Shown: piece by piece, positions 9,334 through 19,529 of the stretch
Layout of the letters: every line of letters starts with the position of its first letter
Position numbering within the stretch: position 1 is the first letter of the stretch
Notes under the pieces: model-generated
What the model was told of the DNA's origin: nothing
Seen by the model: the letters and a program-made list of their open reading frames with translations, nothing else
Database searches by the model: none
Source of the DNA: Anaerolineae bacterium
Lineage (GTDB): Bacteria; Chloroflexota; Anaerolineae; CG2-30-64-16
Direction of reading: 5' to 3'
NCBI GenBank assembly: GCA_034434235.1
Contig: DAOTZV010000129.1
Span: 24,284 to 88,283, forward strand
Length of the DNA stretch: 64,000 bases
Program-made: the position numbers and the translations under genes

Positions 9334-10335
9334 TCAATCCTGTCGAATGCGTGGATCCAACAAGGGATACAGCAATTCCACCACCACCATCAGGGTCGCC
9401 ACCGCGATCGTGATAAACAAGACGATCCCGTAGATCACCAGAAAGTCGTTGGCCTGGATCGCCTGGGACAGCACGCGGCCCAGCCCGGGCAGCCCAAACA
9501 GGCTCTCCACCACGATGTTGGAGGTGACGACCGTGCCGAGCGCCAACGCCAGCCCGGTCACCTGGGGCAACAGGGCATTTCGCAGGTAGTAATCCTTGAA
9601 GATCACATAGCCGCTCAGCCCTTTGTGTTCGGCGAAGAGGACATAGTCCTCGCCCTGGATGGTGACCCCCATGCCGCGCATCGAGAGCACCCAGCCGCCG
9701 ACCGAGCCGAGGATGAGCGCCAGGGCCGGCATGATCTGGTGCTTGATCACATCCCAGATGAAGGCCGGCGAGCTCCAATCGGGCACCAGGCCGGTGGAAT
9801 AGGCGCTGCCCAGCGGCAGCAGCTTCAGGCGGAAGCCGATGAAGAAGAGCAGCAAAACGCCCATCAGCACCGGCGGCACGCCCATCAGGAGCACGAACGG
9901 CGTGGCGAGGCTGCGCAGCCAGCCGGGCGCGCGCGGCCAGGCCGCCACCGCGCCGAGCAGGTTGCCGATGACGAAGGACAGGATCGTGGTCACCAACAAG
10001 AGGGTGATCGTCCAGGGCAACGACTCCATGATCAGGTCGATCACGGTCTTGGGGTATTTGTTCAAAGAAACGCCCAAATCGAAGCGGGCAATGCTGGCGA
10101 TATAGTCGAAATACTGTTGGATCAGCGGTTTATCCAGGCCGAACTTGGTATTGTAAGAAGCGACGATGGTCTCCAGATCTTGGGGCGAGAAGCCGCCGAT
10201 CCGCGCCAATTCGGCAAAACGCTCGCGAATCGGGTTCCTGGGTGACAGGCGAGGAATAAAAAAGGTAATGGTGGACGCGGCCCAAATCACCAGGATGAGG
10301 AAGAGCAAGCGGCCCAGGATTTTTTTCAGGCTCAC
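9334..10335 (-). CDS. oppB: ABC transporter permease (OppB/DppB-like); GTG start after GGAGAA
   Basis: N-terminal SLKKILGRLLFLILVIW is typical of DppB/OppB; multi-TM protein. Confidence 0.8.
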   Translation of the reverse strand: MSLKKILGRLLFLILVIWAASTITFFIPRLSPRNPIRERFAELARIGGFSPQDLETIVASYNTKFGLDKPLIQQYFDYIASIARFDLGVSLNKYPKTVIDLIMESLPWTITLLLVTTILSFVIGNLLGAVAAWPRAPGWLRSLATPFVLLMGVPPVLMGVLLLFFIGFRLKLLPLGSAYSTGLVPDWSSPAFIWDVIKHQIMPALALILGSVGGWVLSMRGMGVTIQGEDYVLFAEHKGLSGYVIFKDYYLRNALLPQVTGLALALGTVVTSNIVVESLFGLPGLGRVLSQAIQANDFLVIYGIVLFITIAVATLMVVVELLYPLLDPRIRQD

Positions 10336-10404
10336 GGTGCTTCTCCTTGTAGATAAACAACAGCGTGGCACGTTGGCCGTGCCACGCTGTTGTGCGCCGC
10401 AGGT

Positions 10405-12276
10405 TTACTTCTGAACGCTCTTGAGACTGGTAACGACCAACATGCCGGTATGGTGCCAGAAGGCGCCGTTGCAGCCGACGCCCAGATTGGACTCAGTCGG
10501 CCAGTTGGTCCAGTAGGTCTGGTTGTAGGGGATGCGGTGCAGCCACTGAATCACCGGGATATCAATGACGTCCCGCCAGTAGATCTCCATCGCCTTGACG
10601 GCCAGCTCCGTGAACTTCGGATCGTCCGACCCCAAAGGCGCCATCGCATCTACGATCTGGTCGTACTCCGGGTTCTTGTAGCGCGAGAAGCGGTTGCTGC
10701 CCGCCGTCGTGCCGATCGCAGCGCTGTATTTGCCGTTGTACAGATCCAGGGTTGCCGCCGGATCGATCAGGCTGGCGCCATGGCCGAACATGTACAGGCC
10801 CGGCTTGCCATCGGCCATGTTGTTGTAGGCATCGGTGCCGAAGTTGACGCTGGAATCGAAGCCGCCCTGGCGCAACATCTCGGACAGGATCGGGACGATA
10901 TCGCTGTGGATGCCCTCGAAGCCATGGATGGTGGCGTTGACGGTTTGCCCCTGCTTGTCCACCCACAGACCGGCCGCATTCTTGGTGAAGCCGGCCTCTT
11001 GCATCAATCTGGCGCTCTCCTTCGGGTCGTAGGCGCCCGGATTGTACTTCTTGACCAGGGCCTGCATCTCCGGCAGTTGGGTGAACTTGACCAGGTTCGG
11101 ATAGAGCGGGAAGGGATAGATGGTCGTGACGTGGGCGCCCTCGTACACCATCTGGTCGATCTTGTCGCGATCGATCACCAGGCTCATGGCGCGGCGCACG
11201 CGCACGTCGTTATAGGGCGGAAGCTGGGTGTTGACCCACAGCGAGTTGGGCCACCAATCCAGGTAGCCGTAAGGGGGCTTGTTGCCGGTATGCGTCGTGA
11301 TCTTGGGGTTCTGCTTCAGGATGTTGCCGATGACGGCGCTGCGCATGTCGAGCGTGGCGTCATACTCGTTGTTCACGACGCGCTGGGCCACCGTGTCCAT
11401 GTTCTGGCCCACCTGGCCGCCGATGTTGGTCATCACGATCCGCTTGACATCGGGCATCGGGACGAGGCCGGCCTTGACCGCCCACCAGTCCTCGCGCAGG
11501 TCGAGGATCTTCTGGTTCTGATCCCACACCACCGTGTTGTACGGCCCGGAGTGCGGCATGTCCAACCCGCCCTGGAAGGCGTTGACGTCTTCCTGTTTGC
11601 TCAGGATGTGCGCCGGGACGATGGGAATGCCGGTGTCGAACTTCAAGGTCAGCACCTCGAACTTGAAGCGCGGGGCGGGCATCTTGAACACGACCACCAC
11701 CGTGTAATCGTCCACCAGCTTGACTTCTTTCACGAAGGTCTGGAACTGCGCGTGATAGGGCAGCTTCTCGTTCTTCATCTGCCCTTCGAACGTGAAGACC
11801 ACGTCCTTGGCCGTCAAGGGCGTGCCGTCGCTCCATTGGGCTTCCTTACGCACCTTGATGGTCAATTCGGTGAAGTCCGGCTTGGTATAGGTCATGCTTT
11901 CGGCCAACCAGGGCAATTCCTTGTTGGCATAGATCAGATAGTAGGAGAGCCCTTCCCACATCATGGCGTTGGCTTCCTGATGGGTGTAACCAGGGGAAGC
12001 CCACGGGTTCGTCACGCCGATCGGCGAGCTGATGCTCCAGGCCAGGTGCAAGGTCTGGTTGCGCGGCACGTTCTTCAGGGGGCCGACCGAAAGCGAAGGC
12101 GCCTTGGTTGGCTCTGGAGCCTTGGTGGCCGCCGGGGCCTTGGTTGGCTCCGGGGCCTTGGTGGCCTCTGCGGCTTTGGGCGCCGCCGGGGCCGCGGGGG
12201 GCTGAGCGGGCTGCGCGCACGCCGTGACAACCAGCGCGACGACAGCCAGGATCCAAAGTAACCTGAACTTCGACAT
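10405..12276 (-). CDS. oppA: ABC transporter substrate-binding lipoprotein, family 5 (OppA/DppA-like)
   Basis: Lipoprotein signal with lipobox VTAC, then a low-complexity linker with a repeated KAPEPTKAP, then a ~560-aa SBP family-5 body; first gene of the opp operon. Confidence 0.85.
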   Translation of the reverse strand: MSKFRLLWILAVVALVVTACAQPAQPPAAPAAPKAAEATKAPEPTKAPAATKAPEPTKAPSLSVGPLKNVPRNQTLHLAWSISSPIGVTNPWASPGYTHQEANAMMWEGLSYYLIYANKELPWLAESMTYTKPDFTELTIKVRKEAQWSDGTPLTAKDVVFTFEGQMKNEKLPYHAQFQTFVKEVKLVDDYTVVVVFKMPAPRFKFEVLTLKFDTGIPIVPAHILSKQEDVNAFQGGLDMPHSGPYNTVVWDQNQKILDLREDWWAVKAGLVPMPDVKRIVMTNIGGQVGQNMDTVAQRVVNNEYDATLDMRSAVIGNILKQNPKITTHTGNKPPYGYLDWWPNSLWVNTQLPPYNDVRVRRAMSLVIDRDKIDQMVYEGAHVTTIYPFPLYPNLVKFTQLPEMQALVKKYNPGAYDPKESARLMQEAGFTKNAAGLWVDKQGQTVNATIHGFEGIHSDIVPILSEMLRQGGFDSSVNFGTDAYNNMADGKPGLYMFGHGASLIDPAATLDLYNGKYSAAIGTTAGSNRFSRYKNPEYDQIVDAMAPLGSDDPKFTELAVKAMEIYWRDVIDIPVIQWLHRIPYNQTYWTNWPTESNLGVGCNGAFWHHTGMLVVTSLKSVQK

Positions 12277-12428
12277 AGTGACACCCTCCTTGTAGTGGAA
12301 TATGGATGAGTTGATCTGGAAAGCAGACTCAAGCCGCGGCTTTGGGTTGTCTGGATTTGAAGGCTATATTATAATCTTAGTATCATTCGCGAAAAAAGTC
12401 AACCGCGTCGTCTCGGGAAAGAGAGAAC

Positions 12429-12743
12429 ATGACCAAAGCATCTGGAACGATCTTATCCGCGCTGGTCGGCTGGATTGCCGCAGTCGTGACCTTGTTGGGC
12501 TGGAGTTTCCTCTGGCCGCAGATCGTCCCGCTCACCGAGCGCGCCAGCGCCCTGCCGGGCCATTGGAAGATCCTCTTGGTTGTGCTGGTGTTCATCACGC
12601 CGTTCGGTCTGACCGGCGGCATCATCGGCGGCCGGTTGCCCTATGAAGGCGGTCGCCGCGAGCAGCTCCTCTATGCCGCACTGGGCGGCGCGGCGGCGAC
12701 GTTGGTCTTCGGCTCCTGCGCGTTCTGGTATGGCGGCTGGTAA
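12429..12743 (+). CDS. Small hypothetical membrane protein (3 predicted TM helices)
   Basis: Hydrophobic segments, high-GC third positions, and an upstream AT-rich promoter-like stretch (TTGTCT-N17-TATAAT). Confidence 0.4.
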   Translation: MTKASGTILSALVGWIAAVVTLLGWSFLWPQIVPLTERASALPGHWKILLVVLVFITPFGLTGGIIGGRLPYEGGRREQLLYAALGGAAATLVFGSCAFWYGGW

Positions 12744-12753
12744 GCCGAACCGA

Positions 12754-13854
12754 TCAATAGCTGACCTTGAACGGGGTGCGCACCTCCGCAATCGTGGCCC
12801 CCACCACTTTGATCTCGTCGAGCACGTTCGTCCCCAACCCCAATTGACGCGCCATGTTCAGATGATTGTAGGCATGGACGAAGGGTGGGGCGGGATATTC
12901 CGCCTGCGGGTCGAAGCCCATGACCGCGGTGGCGACGGCGTCGGCGGCAACCGGATCCTTGCCCGCGATCAATACGCCCGGCTTGAGTTGATTCAACCCC
13001 TTGACCCACGGACCTTCTCCCCCTTCGACCGTCAGCACGCCGTCGATCACCGCCAGGTTGACCGGCCGCGCCCGATTGAGATCCATGATCACAGCCGGCA
13101 GCCGCCTGGGCGTTTCCGCCGCCTGCCCGTGAAAGCCCGAACGGTATTCATCCTTTTCGTTCATCCGATAGAAACGGAAGGGGACCAGGCCGACCAGGTT
13201 TTTGATCGAATGGGTGACGCCGCAGGTGTTGTGACATTTCATCTTGGCAATCGAGACGAACGCATCGATGTCGTTGAGGACGGGGTGAAATGTGAATTTG
13301 TCGTAGATGTGCGGCGTAGGCGGCACCGGCGTCACGGCGAAGTCGTGATACGGCGCCGGATCGTTCAGATCTATCAGCGTCGCGCCGAGCGCCCGAGCGA
13401 CCTCGTCCCAGCCGTAATCGTGCCAGTGCGCCTTGGCATAGACCGCTTCCACGATGTACAGTTTGGTGACGCCGGTATCGCGCAGGAGTTGCCCCACGGC
13501 CCGCACGACCTCGGGATGCGTATGGTAGGTCTCGATCTCGGGCAATCCATTGACGCGCTGCATCTCTTTGCTGCCGGTGATGTTGACCTTGATGGCGGCC
13601 CGGTTGCCGTGCTTGAGCACATCGGCAATCCCGCCGATCTGGTCGAGGGCCGCCTGGACTTGCTGGCGGATCAGCCGGGGATCGTAACCGGCAGCGCGCG
13701 CGATGGCAACGGTGGATTTCGCGGCCGTGCCCGGCCTGGACAGGCAACCGGCGGTCAGCGCGCCGGCAGCCGCCACGCCCAGCGTCTTCAGGAAGGCGCG
13801 CCGGGACAAGGCGTGATCGGTTGGGGAATGCACGGAGTGAAACGGACCGGACAT
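12754..13854 (-). CDS. DUF362 domain protein with twin-arginine (TAT) signal peptide
   Basis: N-terminal SRRAFLKTLGVAAAGAL is a TAT motif; overall resemblance to the DUF362 family. Confidence 0.65.
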   Translation of the reverse strand: MSGPFHSVHSPTDHALSRRAFLKTLGVAAAGALTAGCLSRPGTAAKSTVAIARAAGYDPRLIRQQVQAALDQIGGIADVLKHGNRAAIKVNITGSKEMQRVNGLPEIETYHTHPEVVRAVGQLLRDTGVTKLYIVEAVYAKAHWHDYGWDEVARALGATLIDLNDPAPYHDFAVTPVPPTPHIYDKFTFHPVLNDIDAFVSIAKMKCHNTCGVTHSIKNLVGLVPFRFYRMNEKDEYRSGFHGQAAETPRRLPAVIMDLNRARPVNLAVIDGVLTVEGGEGPWVKGLNQLKPGVLIAGKDPVAADAVATAVMGFDPQAEYPAPPFVHAYNHLNMARQLGLGTNVLDEIKVVGATIAEVRTPFKVSY

Positions 13855-14242
13855 GACGATCTACTCCCTGGCAGAGGTTTCGCGCAAGCGGTCGGCTGTT
13901 ATTATACTCATTCATGCCATCCGGTCAACTTGTCAAGGGGTAGCATCAAGCTAAGGGACTTGCCCGCCGATCAAGTCGGCGGGCTACCGAACGACGCCCC
14001 GTGAACGGAGCTATAACGGCTGGCGGCAGAAGCCCGCGGCCGCCAGCCTGCTTCAGCGGGCGTAGCCTGGGTAGCACGGGTACTTGATGCCCGTGCGGCT
14101 GGGGGACGTGGTCCACGATCCCGCCGAGCGATGCGCAGGGAGCGGTGCGGGTCCGGTCTTGTTTTCTCCGCTATGTAATGTGATTCGTAACATTAAAATC
14201 GTATACTCGCAGTGGCGATTATGATCTGAAAGGAAGGGGAAG

Positions 14243-17200
14243 ATGGGAATTTCAGTGCGCGCTTTGGCAATTGCGGTCATTTCCGCTGTGCTCGTTGTGG
14301 CCGGCGCGGGCGCCCTGGTGTGGGCGACGGGCACACAGGATGGCACCGGCGCAATTGCTGGCGTCGTCTTCTTTGACAAAGATGCCGACGCTGCGCGCGG
14401 ACCGGCCGAAGGCGGACTTGCCGGAGTGACGGTGGAACTGCGCGATGGCGTGACCGGCGGCCAGGCCGTGCATCGCTTTGTGCAAACCGCCTCTGACGGC
14501 TCCTTCAGCTTCGCGGAGCTGAGCGCTGGCGCCTACACGGTCGCCGTCCTCCCGGCCGATCCCTTCACGGCCACGACGACCAGCCCCGTAGCGGTGGTGG
14601 TCGACTCTGCGCCTGTCGTCGGCGTGGATTTCGGCGCCACGCTTCTCCAGACTCTCACCGGCACCGAATTCAACGATCTGAACGGCGATGGCGCCAAGGG
14701 ACCACGCGAGCCGGGCATCGCCGGCTGGCTGATCCAGGTCTTCGACGATGTCAACGGCAACGGCCTGGTCGACATGGGTGAGGCGTTGTTGGGCTCGGCC
14801 GTTAGCGACCACCAGGGAAACTGGAAGGTGTCCGGGCTGTTGCCGGGCCGCCGCGTGGTCGTGCGTCGGCCTCCGGCCGGCGCAGAAGCGATGGCCGATC
14901 CGCTCTCGCTGACGGCCGAGGAGGCCGGCGGCGCCGGCCATCTGTGGAACGGCCGGCCCGAGGCGCGGACGGCGCCTGCCTCTGTCAATGCCGATGCCGC
15001 GGCCTATGTGCCGGGCGAGCTGTTGGTGGGCGTTCAGCCGGGCCTCTCGCTGGCGCGCGTCGCCGAGATCTTCCGGGATCTCGGTCTCGCGATCAGAGAG
15101 CCGTTGGGCGGAGATGCCTATCGGGTGGCGACGACCGAGGACGCGGCCGATGCCGCGCTGGATGCGTTGAAACGCCTGCCCGAGGTGCGTTACGCTGAGC
15201 GCAACGGCCTCGTCAGCGCGCTGCTCACGCCGACCGAGCCGCTCTTCAACGATCCGTTTTACATCTTTGCGCCGCAGACGATCAACGCGCCGACGGCCTG
15301 GGACATCTCCACCGGTTCGCCGGAGGTGATCGTTGCCATCGTGGATTCGGGCATCTCGCTTTCGCATCCTGAGTTTGCCGGTCGTCTGGTTGCCGGCTGG
15401 GACTACGTCAACGGCGACAGCGATCCGTCCGATGACAACGGCCATGGCACACACGTGGCCGGCATCGTGGCCGCAGCCATGAACGGCGAGGGTGTGGTCG
15501 GCATCGCGCCGAACGTCAGGCTGATGCCCGTCAAGATCCTCAACGCATCGAAGACCGCCACCTGGGCCAACACGGCCTTGGGGATCCGCTATGCGGCCGA
15601 CCACGGCGCGAAGGTGATCAACCTGAGCATGGGAGGCACTTCCTACTCGGCCGCGCTTCAGGATGCCATCCGTTACGCCGCCGGCAAGGGGGTCGTCATA
15701 GTCGCTGCTGCGGGCAATCAGGGGAGCAGCGGGCCGTTCTATCCGGCCTATTTCGAGGAGACGATCGCCGTCGGCGCGACGGACGAACACGACGAATATT
15801 GGACGATCTCCAACTATGGCAACTGGGTGGACGTAACGGCGCCCGGCGCCAGCATCTACAGCACCTGGTGGACGGCGGACAACCCCAATACCTATGGCTT
15901 CATGAGCGGGACTTCGATGGCGGCCCCGCACGTCAGCGGCCTGGCCGCCCTTCTGCTTTCGTATCGGCCCCAGCTTTCGGCGGCCGATGTGCGCGCCATC
16001 ATCCAGCAGACCGCGGTGGACAAGGGCGCGGCCGGCTTCGATATTTACTACGGTTGGGGCCGCATTGACGCAGGCGCGGCCATGACACTGGCGACGACCT
16101 GGATCCCCTACACTCCCACGCCGACGGCCACGGCGACGGCCACGCCGTCGGCCACGCCGACAGCGACGCCAACGAATACACCGACACCGACGTCGACGAA
16201 TACGCCGACAGCGACGCCAACGAATACACCGACACCGACGGCAACGAATACGCCGACGCCCACGCCGACCGCCACGCCGACGGCAGTGCCGTATCTGAAG
16301 CGGGTCAACGCGGGCGGGGCGAGCTTCACCGACAGCCTGGGCCAGGTGTGGGATCCGGATCAGGCGTATGCGACCGGTGGCTGGGGCTATGTGAGCGGCA
16401 CGGCCAAATCCTCGACCACTGCGGTGAACGGCACGGTGGACGACCTGCTCTACCAGAAGTACCGCGAGGGGATGACCGCATATCAATTCACGGTGCCGAA
16501 CGGTCAGTACCAGGTGACGCTCAAATTCGCCGAGTTCGCCGCCAGCAGTTCGAAGCAGCGCATCATGAAGATCACGATCGAGGGCGTGGTGGTGGAAAGC
16601 GCGCTCAACGTGCTGGCGTTGGCCGGCAAGGCCACGGCTTTCGATCGCACCTACACGACGACGGTGGCCGACGGCATACTGAACATCGCCTTTGCGCAGA
16701 ACGGCGGCAGCTACAAGCCGATGGTGTCGGCCATCGAAGTGAAAAGCGCCGAGGCCGGGCCGACCGGCACGGGCACCGAGCCGACGCCGATAGCAACAAA
16801 TGTGCCGATCGCAACGGCAACGAATACGCCGACCCCGACGCCGACGCCAACCCGGCCGGCCTACAGCGTGCGCGTGGACGCGGGTGGCCCGACCTTTACC
16901 GATGGCCAGGGGCTCACCTGGCAGGCCGACCAGGCCTTCAGCGCGGGGTCGTGGGGCTACATCGGTGGGTCGCCCGGCTCCTCGACGGTCGCAGTGGCCG
17001 GCACGAAGGACGACCTGCTGTTCCAGAAGTACCGACAGGGGATGTCGGAGTTCAGGTTCACGGTGCCGAACGGCAGCTATCAGGTGCAGTTGCGGTTCGC
17101 CGAGTTCGCGGCCACCGGGCCGGGCCAGCGGGTGATGGAGATCACCCTGGAAGGGACGCCGGTGGAGAGCGCGTTGGACGTGTATGCGGCGGCCGGCGGC

Positions 17201-17320
17201 GCGGCCAGGGCGCTGGACAGGACTTACCAGGTGACGGTGAACGACGGCATCCTGAACATCGGCTTTGCTCAGGTCGGGGGCGCCCTGCCGCCAATGGTGT
17301 CGGCTATCGAAATTAAATAG
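14243..17320 (+). CDS. Secreted S8 (subtilisin-like) serine peptidase with N-terminal carboxypeptidase-regulatory-like domains, a Pro/Thr linker and two C-terminal malectin-like carbohydrate-binding domains
   Basis: Signal peptide; catalytic triad motifs AIVDSGI (Asp), HGTHVAGI (His) and [11 protein letters not shown] (Ser). PT-rich linker [27 protein letters not shown]. Two copies of a ~150-aa module (YQKYREGM...FAEF...ILNI.FAQ.GG...PMVSAIE[VI]K) resembling malectin/di-glucose-binding domains. Confidence 0.85.
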   Translation: MGISVRALAIAVISAVLVVAGAGALVWATGTQDGTGAIAGVVFFDKDADAARGPAEGGLAGVTVELRDGVTGGQAVHRFVQTASDGSFSFAELSAGAYTVAVLPADPFTATTTSPVAVVVDSAPVVGVDFGATLLQTLTGTEFNDLNGDGAKGPREPGIAGWLIQVFDDVNGNGLVDMGEALLGSAVSDHQGNWKVSGLLPGRRVVVRRPPAGAEAMADPLSLTAEEAGGAGHLWNGRPEARTAPASVNADAAAYVPGELLVGVQPGLSLARVAEIFRDLGLAIREPLGGDAYRVATTEDAADAALDALKRLPEVRYAERNGLVSALLTPTEPLFNDPFYIFAPQTINAPTAWDISTGSPEVIVAIVDSGISLSHPEFAGRLVAGWDYVNGDSDPSDDNGHGTHVAGIVAAAMNGEGVVGIAPNVRLMPVKILNASKTATWANTALGIRYAADHGAKVINLSMGGTSYSAALQDAIRYAAGKGVVIVAAAGNQGSSGPFYPAYFEETIAVGATDEHDEYWTISNYGNWVDVTAPGASIYSTWWTADNPNTYGFMSGTSMAAPHVSGLAALLLSYRPQLSAADVRAIIQQTAVDKGAAGFDIYYGWGRIDAGAAMTLATTWIPYTPTPTATATATPSATPTATPTNTPTPTSTNTPTATPTNTPTPTATNTPTPTPTATPTAVPYLKRVNAGGASFTDSLGQVWDPDQAYATGGWGYVSGTAKSSTTAVNGTVDDLLYQKYREGMTAYQFTVPNGQYQVTLKFAEFAASSSKQRIMKITIEGVVVESALNVLALAGKATAFDRTYTTTVADGILNIAFAQNGGSYKPMVSAIEVKSAEAGPTGTGTEPTPIATNVPIATATNTPTPTPTPTRPAYSVRVDAGGPTFTDGQGLTWQADQAFSAGSWGYIGGSPGSSTVAVAGTKDDLLFQKYRQGMSEFRFTVPNGSYQVQLRFAEFAATGPGQRVMEITLEGTPVESALDVYAAAGGAARALDRTYQVTVNDGILNIGFAQVGGALPPMVSAIEIK

Positions 17321-17429
17321 ATAAACTGGTGCAAAACCAGGACTTGATTTGGTGCGAATTTGTGATATGATGAATATAGTGTATCCGGTTCATCCGTCCC
17401 ATTGTCACAGCGCAGGAGAGGATTTTGCC

Positions 17430-19334
17430 ATGAAGCAGATGCGGAGGATGCAGAGCGCGCGACCGGCATGGGGGTTGGTGCTGGTGACGTTGGCCTTGCT
17501 GCTCAGCATGATGCCGGGTGCAGCGGCCGCCAGCAGCCCGGCGGGCAGCGGTTCGGTAGCCGGGGTGGTCTTTTTCGACGCCTACGGAGTTGGCTCGGCC
17601 GCCGGTCGGCCGGGCGTGGCCGGAGCGACGGTGCGGCTTGCCGGGTCGGGCGTGGCTCTGACCGCGGCGACCGATGCGGCCGGCGCCTACCTCTTCGCCG
17701 GGTTGGCGGCCGGCAGCTACACGGTGACGGTCGAGCCGCCGACGGGCTATGTGACGACCACCGCCAGCACTCGCGCGGTCTCGGTGACGGGCAGCCCGTT
17801 GACCGGCGTGGACTTCGGCCTGGCATATCCCATCTCGCTGTGGGGCGTCCTGTGTCAGGACCTCAACGGGGACGGCATGTGCGGTCCGGCCACGGCCGAG
17901 CCGCGCATCGCCGACGCCCTGGTGCAGGTGTTCGACGACGCCAATCGCAACGGATTGATTGACCTGGGCGAAGGCGTCGTGGCCAGCACCACTTCCAGCA
18001 GCAAGGGGCTATATCTCCTGTCCGATCTGCGTCCCGGCAGCCGCAACCTGGTCGTCCGCCTGCCGGGCGGCGCGGAGAGCAACAGCGAACCGCTGGTGTT
18101 GGAAAGCGACGAAGCGGGCGCCACGAGCTTCGAGTACAATATGGCCATCGGCCGGGCCACCCTTCAGGGGGTTGTCTTCAACGATGTGAACGGCGACGAA
18201 TTCCCGGATGCAACTGAGCCGCGCATCCGCGGCGCGGTCGTCCAGCTCCTGGCCGCCGCGTCGGGCCAGGTGGTGACGCCCATCACCGTGGTTGCCACGG
18301 CCACCACCGGCGCGGATGGCCGGTACGTGTTCGCCGATGTGCTGGCCGCCACCTATCAGGTGCGGGTCTATTCGGCGCCCGTGCCGCCCGCCTGGTGGCA
18401 AAGCTCCGATCCCTCGGCGCTCCTCCGCACCTTGCCGGCCGGCGTGACCACCACGCTGGACATCGGCTTCTTCGACCCCGCGGCGGCGCCGCCGATGAGC
18501 GTGGCCGATTGGAAGCGCGAGCTGCGCCAGGCCGATCAGTGGGCCTATACCGCGAGCGAAGTCGCGACCTTCAGCGCGGCGGCCGAAGAGATCTCGCGCG
18601 TGTTCTCCGAGACCGTGGCCTTGCGCAATGCGCTCCTGTTGGGCGGCGCGACGGGGATCTCGGGAGCCCAATGGCGGGCTTTGAAGGAGCATGCGGCGCT
18701 CTCGTTGAACATCGCCAGCGGCCGGCTGCGACCCGAGACGATCGTCAACCTGGGTACGCTCTCCACCGCCACCACGGTGCGTCAGGCGCGCGATCAGATC
18801 GAGGCGCTTTTGTTGGCGCCATCGTCGTCTGACGACGACTTCGGGTTGGCGTTTGCCATCGCCCGGTCGCTCAACACGGCCCAGGGGGTGGGGGCGGGAC
18901 GCATGGGCCTGTCGGCCGTCATTGACGCCGTCTATCGCGGCGCGCAGGTGGCGAGCAAGCTCAGGCCCGGCGGCGACATCGTGGATCTGAGGGCCGATGG
19001 GCTGTTGACCCTGCGCAAGTGGAGTGCCGGCTCTTACGGCGCCACGACGAACACGTTGATGCCCAGGATCCGCCTGCGGGTGAAATCGTTCAACGAGGGG
19101 GGCGTCCTCGACGTCGTCCAGGTCTTCCCCGATGGCCGGCGCCTGAAGCTCGGCACCCTGCAGTCGGCGGTGCAGAACCGGGACGTGAACAAGGTCTATC
19201 AGCTCGATCTTGCCCGTGTGACGACGGTCGCCGAGATGGTCAATGCGACCATCGTCTTGACGGTGCGCGATGTGAACGGCGGCAAGCCCGCCTCGGTCAA
19301 GCTGGATAGCGCGGAGATCATTTTCGGCTATTAG
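17430..19334 (+). CDS. Secreted hypothetical protein; N-terminal carboxypeptidase-regulatory-like repeats and an uncharacterised C-terminal domain
   Basis: Signal peptide MKQMRRMQSARPAWGLVLVTLALLLSMMPGAAAA; repeated modules (GVVFFDAYG..., GVVFNDVNGDEFPD...) paralogous to the N-terminus of the S8 peptidase; no catalytic motifs recognised. Confidence 0.6.
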   Translation: MKQMRRMQSARPAWGLVLVTLALLLSMMPGAAAASSPAGSGSVAGVVFFDAYGVGSAAGRPGVAGATVRLAGSGVALTAATDAAGAYLFAGLAAGSYTVTVEPPTGYVTTTASTRAVSVTGSPLTGVDFGLAYPISLWGVLCQDLNGDGMCGPATAEPRIADALVQVFDDANRNGLIDLGEGVVASTTSSSKGLYLLSDLRPGSRNLVVRLPGGAESNSEPLVLESDEAGATSFEYNMAIGRATLQGVVFNDVNGDEFPDATEPRIRGAVVQLLAAASGQVVTPITVVATATTGADGRYVFADVLAATYQVRVYSAPVPPAWWQSSDPSALLRTLPAGVTTTLDIGFFDPAAAPPMSVADWKRELRQADQWAYTASEVATFSAAAEEISRVFSETVALRNALLLGGATGISGAQWRALKEHAALSLNIASGRLRPETIVNLGTLSTATTVRQARDQIEALLLAPSSSDDDFGLAFAIARSLNTAQGVGAGRMGLSAVIDAVYRGAQVASKLRPGGDIVDLRADGLLTLRKWSAGSYGATTNTLMPRIRLRVKSFNEGGVLDVVQVFPDGRRLKLGTLQSAVQNRDVNKVYQLDLARVTTVAEMVNATIVLTVRDVNGGKPASVKLDSAEIIFGY

Positions 19335-19339
19335 GCGGT

Positions 19340-19500
19340 GTGGGGGCGAGATGAATCTCGCCTTACGTAGCGTAGGGCGAGATTGATCTCGCCCTGGATT
19401 CAATCGGGGTGTGGGGGCGAGATGAATCTCGCCCTACATTCTCGCTGGGACCGGATCGGGACGCCCACATCCTCGGTCGAACAGGATGTGGGCGTCCGTT
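19340..19500. repeat. Array of four hairpins: three copies of GGGCGAGAT-NN-ATCTCGCCC (two preceded by GTGTGG) plus a 15-bp perfect stem
   Basis: Read directly at 19345-19362, 19376-19395 and 19414-19433; the long stem GGACGCCCACATCCT/AGGATGTGGGCGTCC is at 19459-19497. It lies between two same-strand genes. Confidence 0.6.
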
Positions 19501-19529
19501 TAAGCAAACACCGGCAGAGGCGAAGCACC

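Noticed and set aside
12075-12160. Repeats KAPEPTKAP in the oppA leader region as a regulatory repeat
   Set aside because: Part of the translated low-complexity lipoprotein linker between the lipobox Cys and the SBP domain.
10390-12261. 623-aa plus-strand ORF antisense to oppA
   Set aside because: The OppA frame has a lipoprotein signal and SBP-5 architecture; the antisense frame is Arg/Gly/Val-rich with no motifs.
16108-16330. Tandem DNA repeats (ACGCCGACAGCGACGCCAACGAATACACCGACACCGACG...) as a possible mobile or VNTR element
   Set aside because: They are simply the coding sequence of the Pro/Thr linker of the S8 peptidase; such linkers often vary in length but this is not an independent element.
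14252-16486. 744-aa minus-strand ORF antisense to the S8 peptidase (with the RCR/GVGV repeats at 16108-16329)
   Set aside because: It mirrors the (PT)n linker and Ala/Gly-rich sense codons; the plus strand encodes the D-H-S triad.
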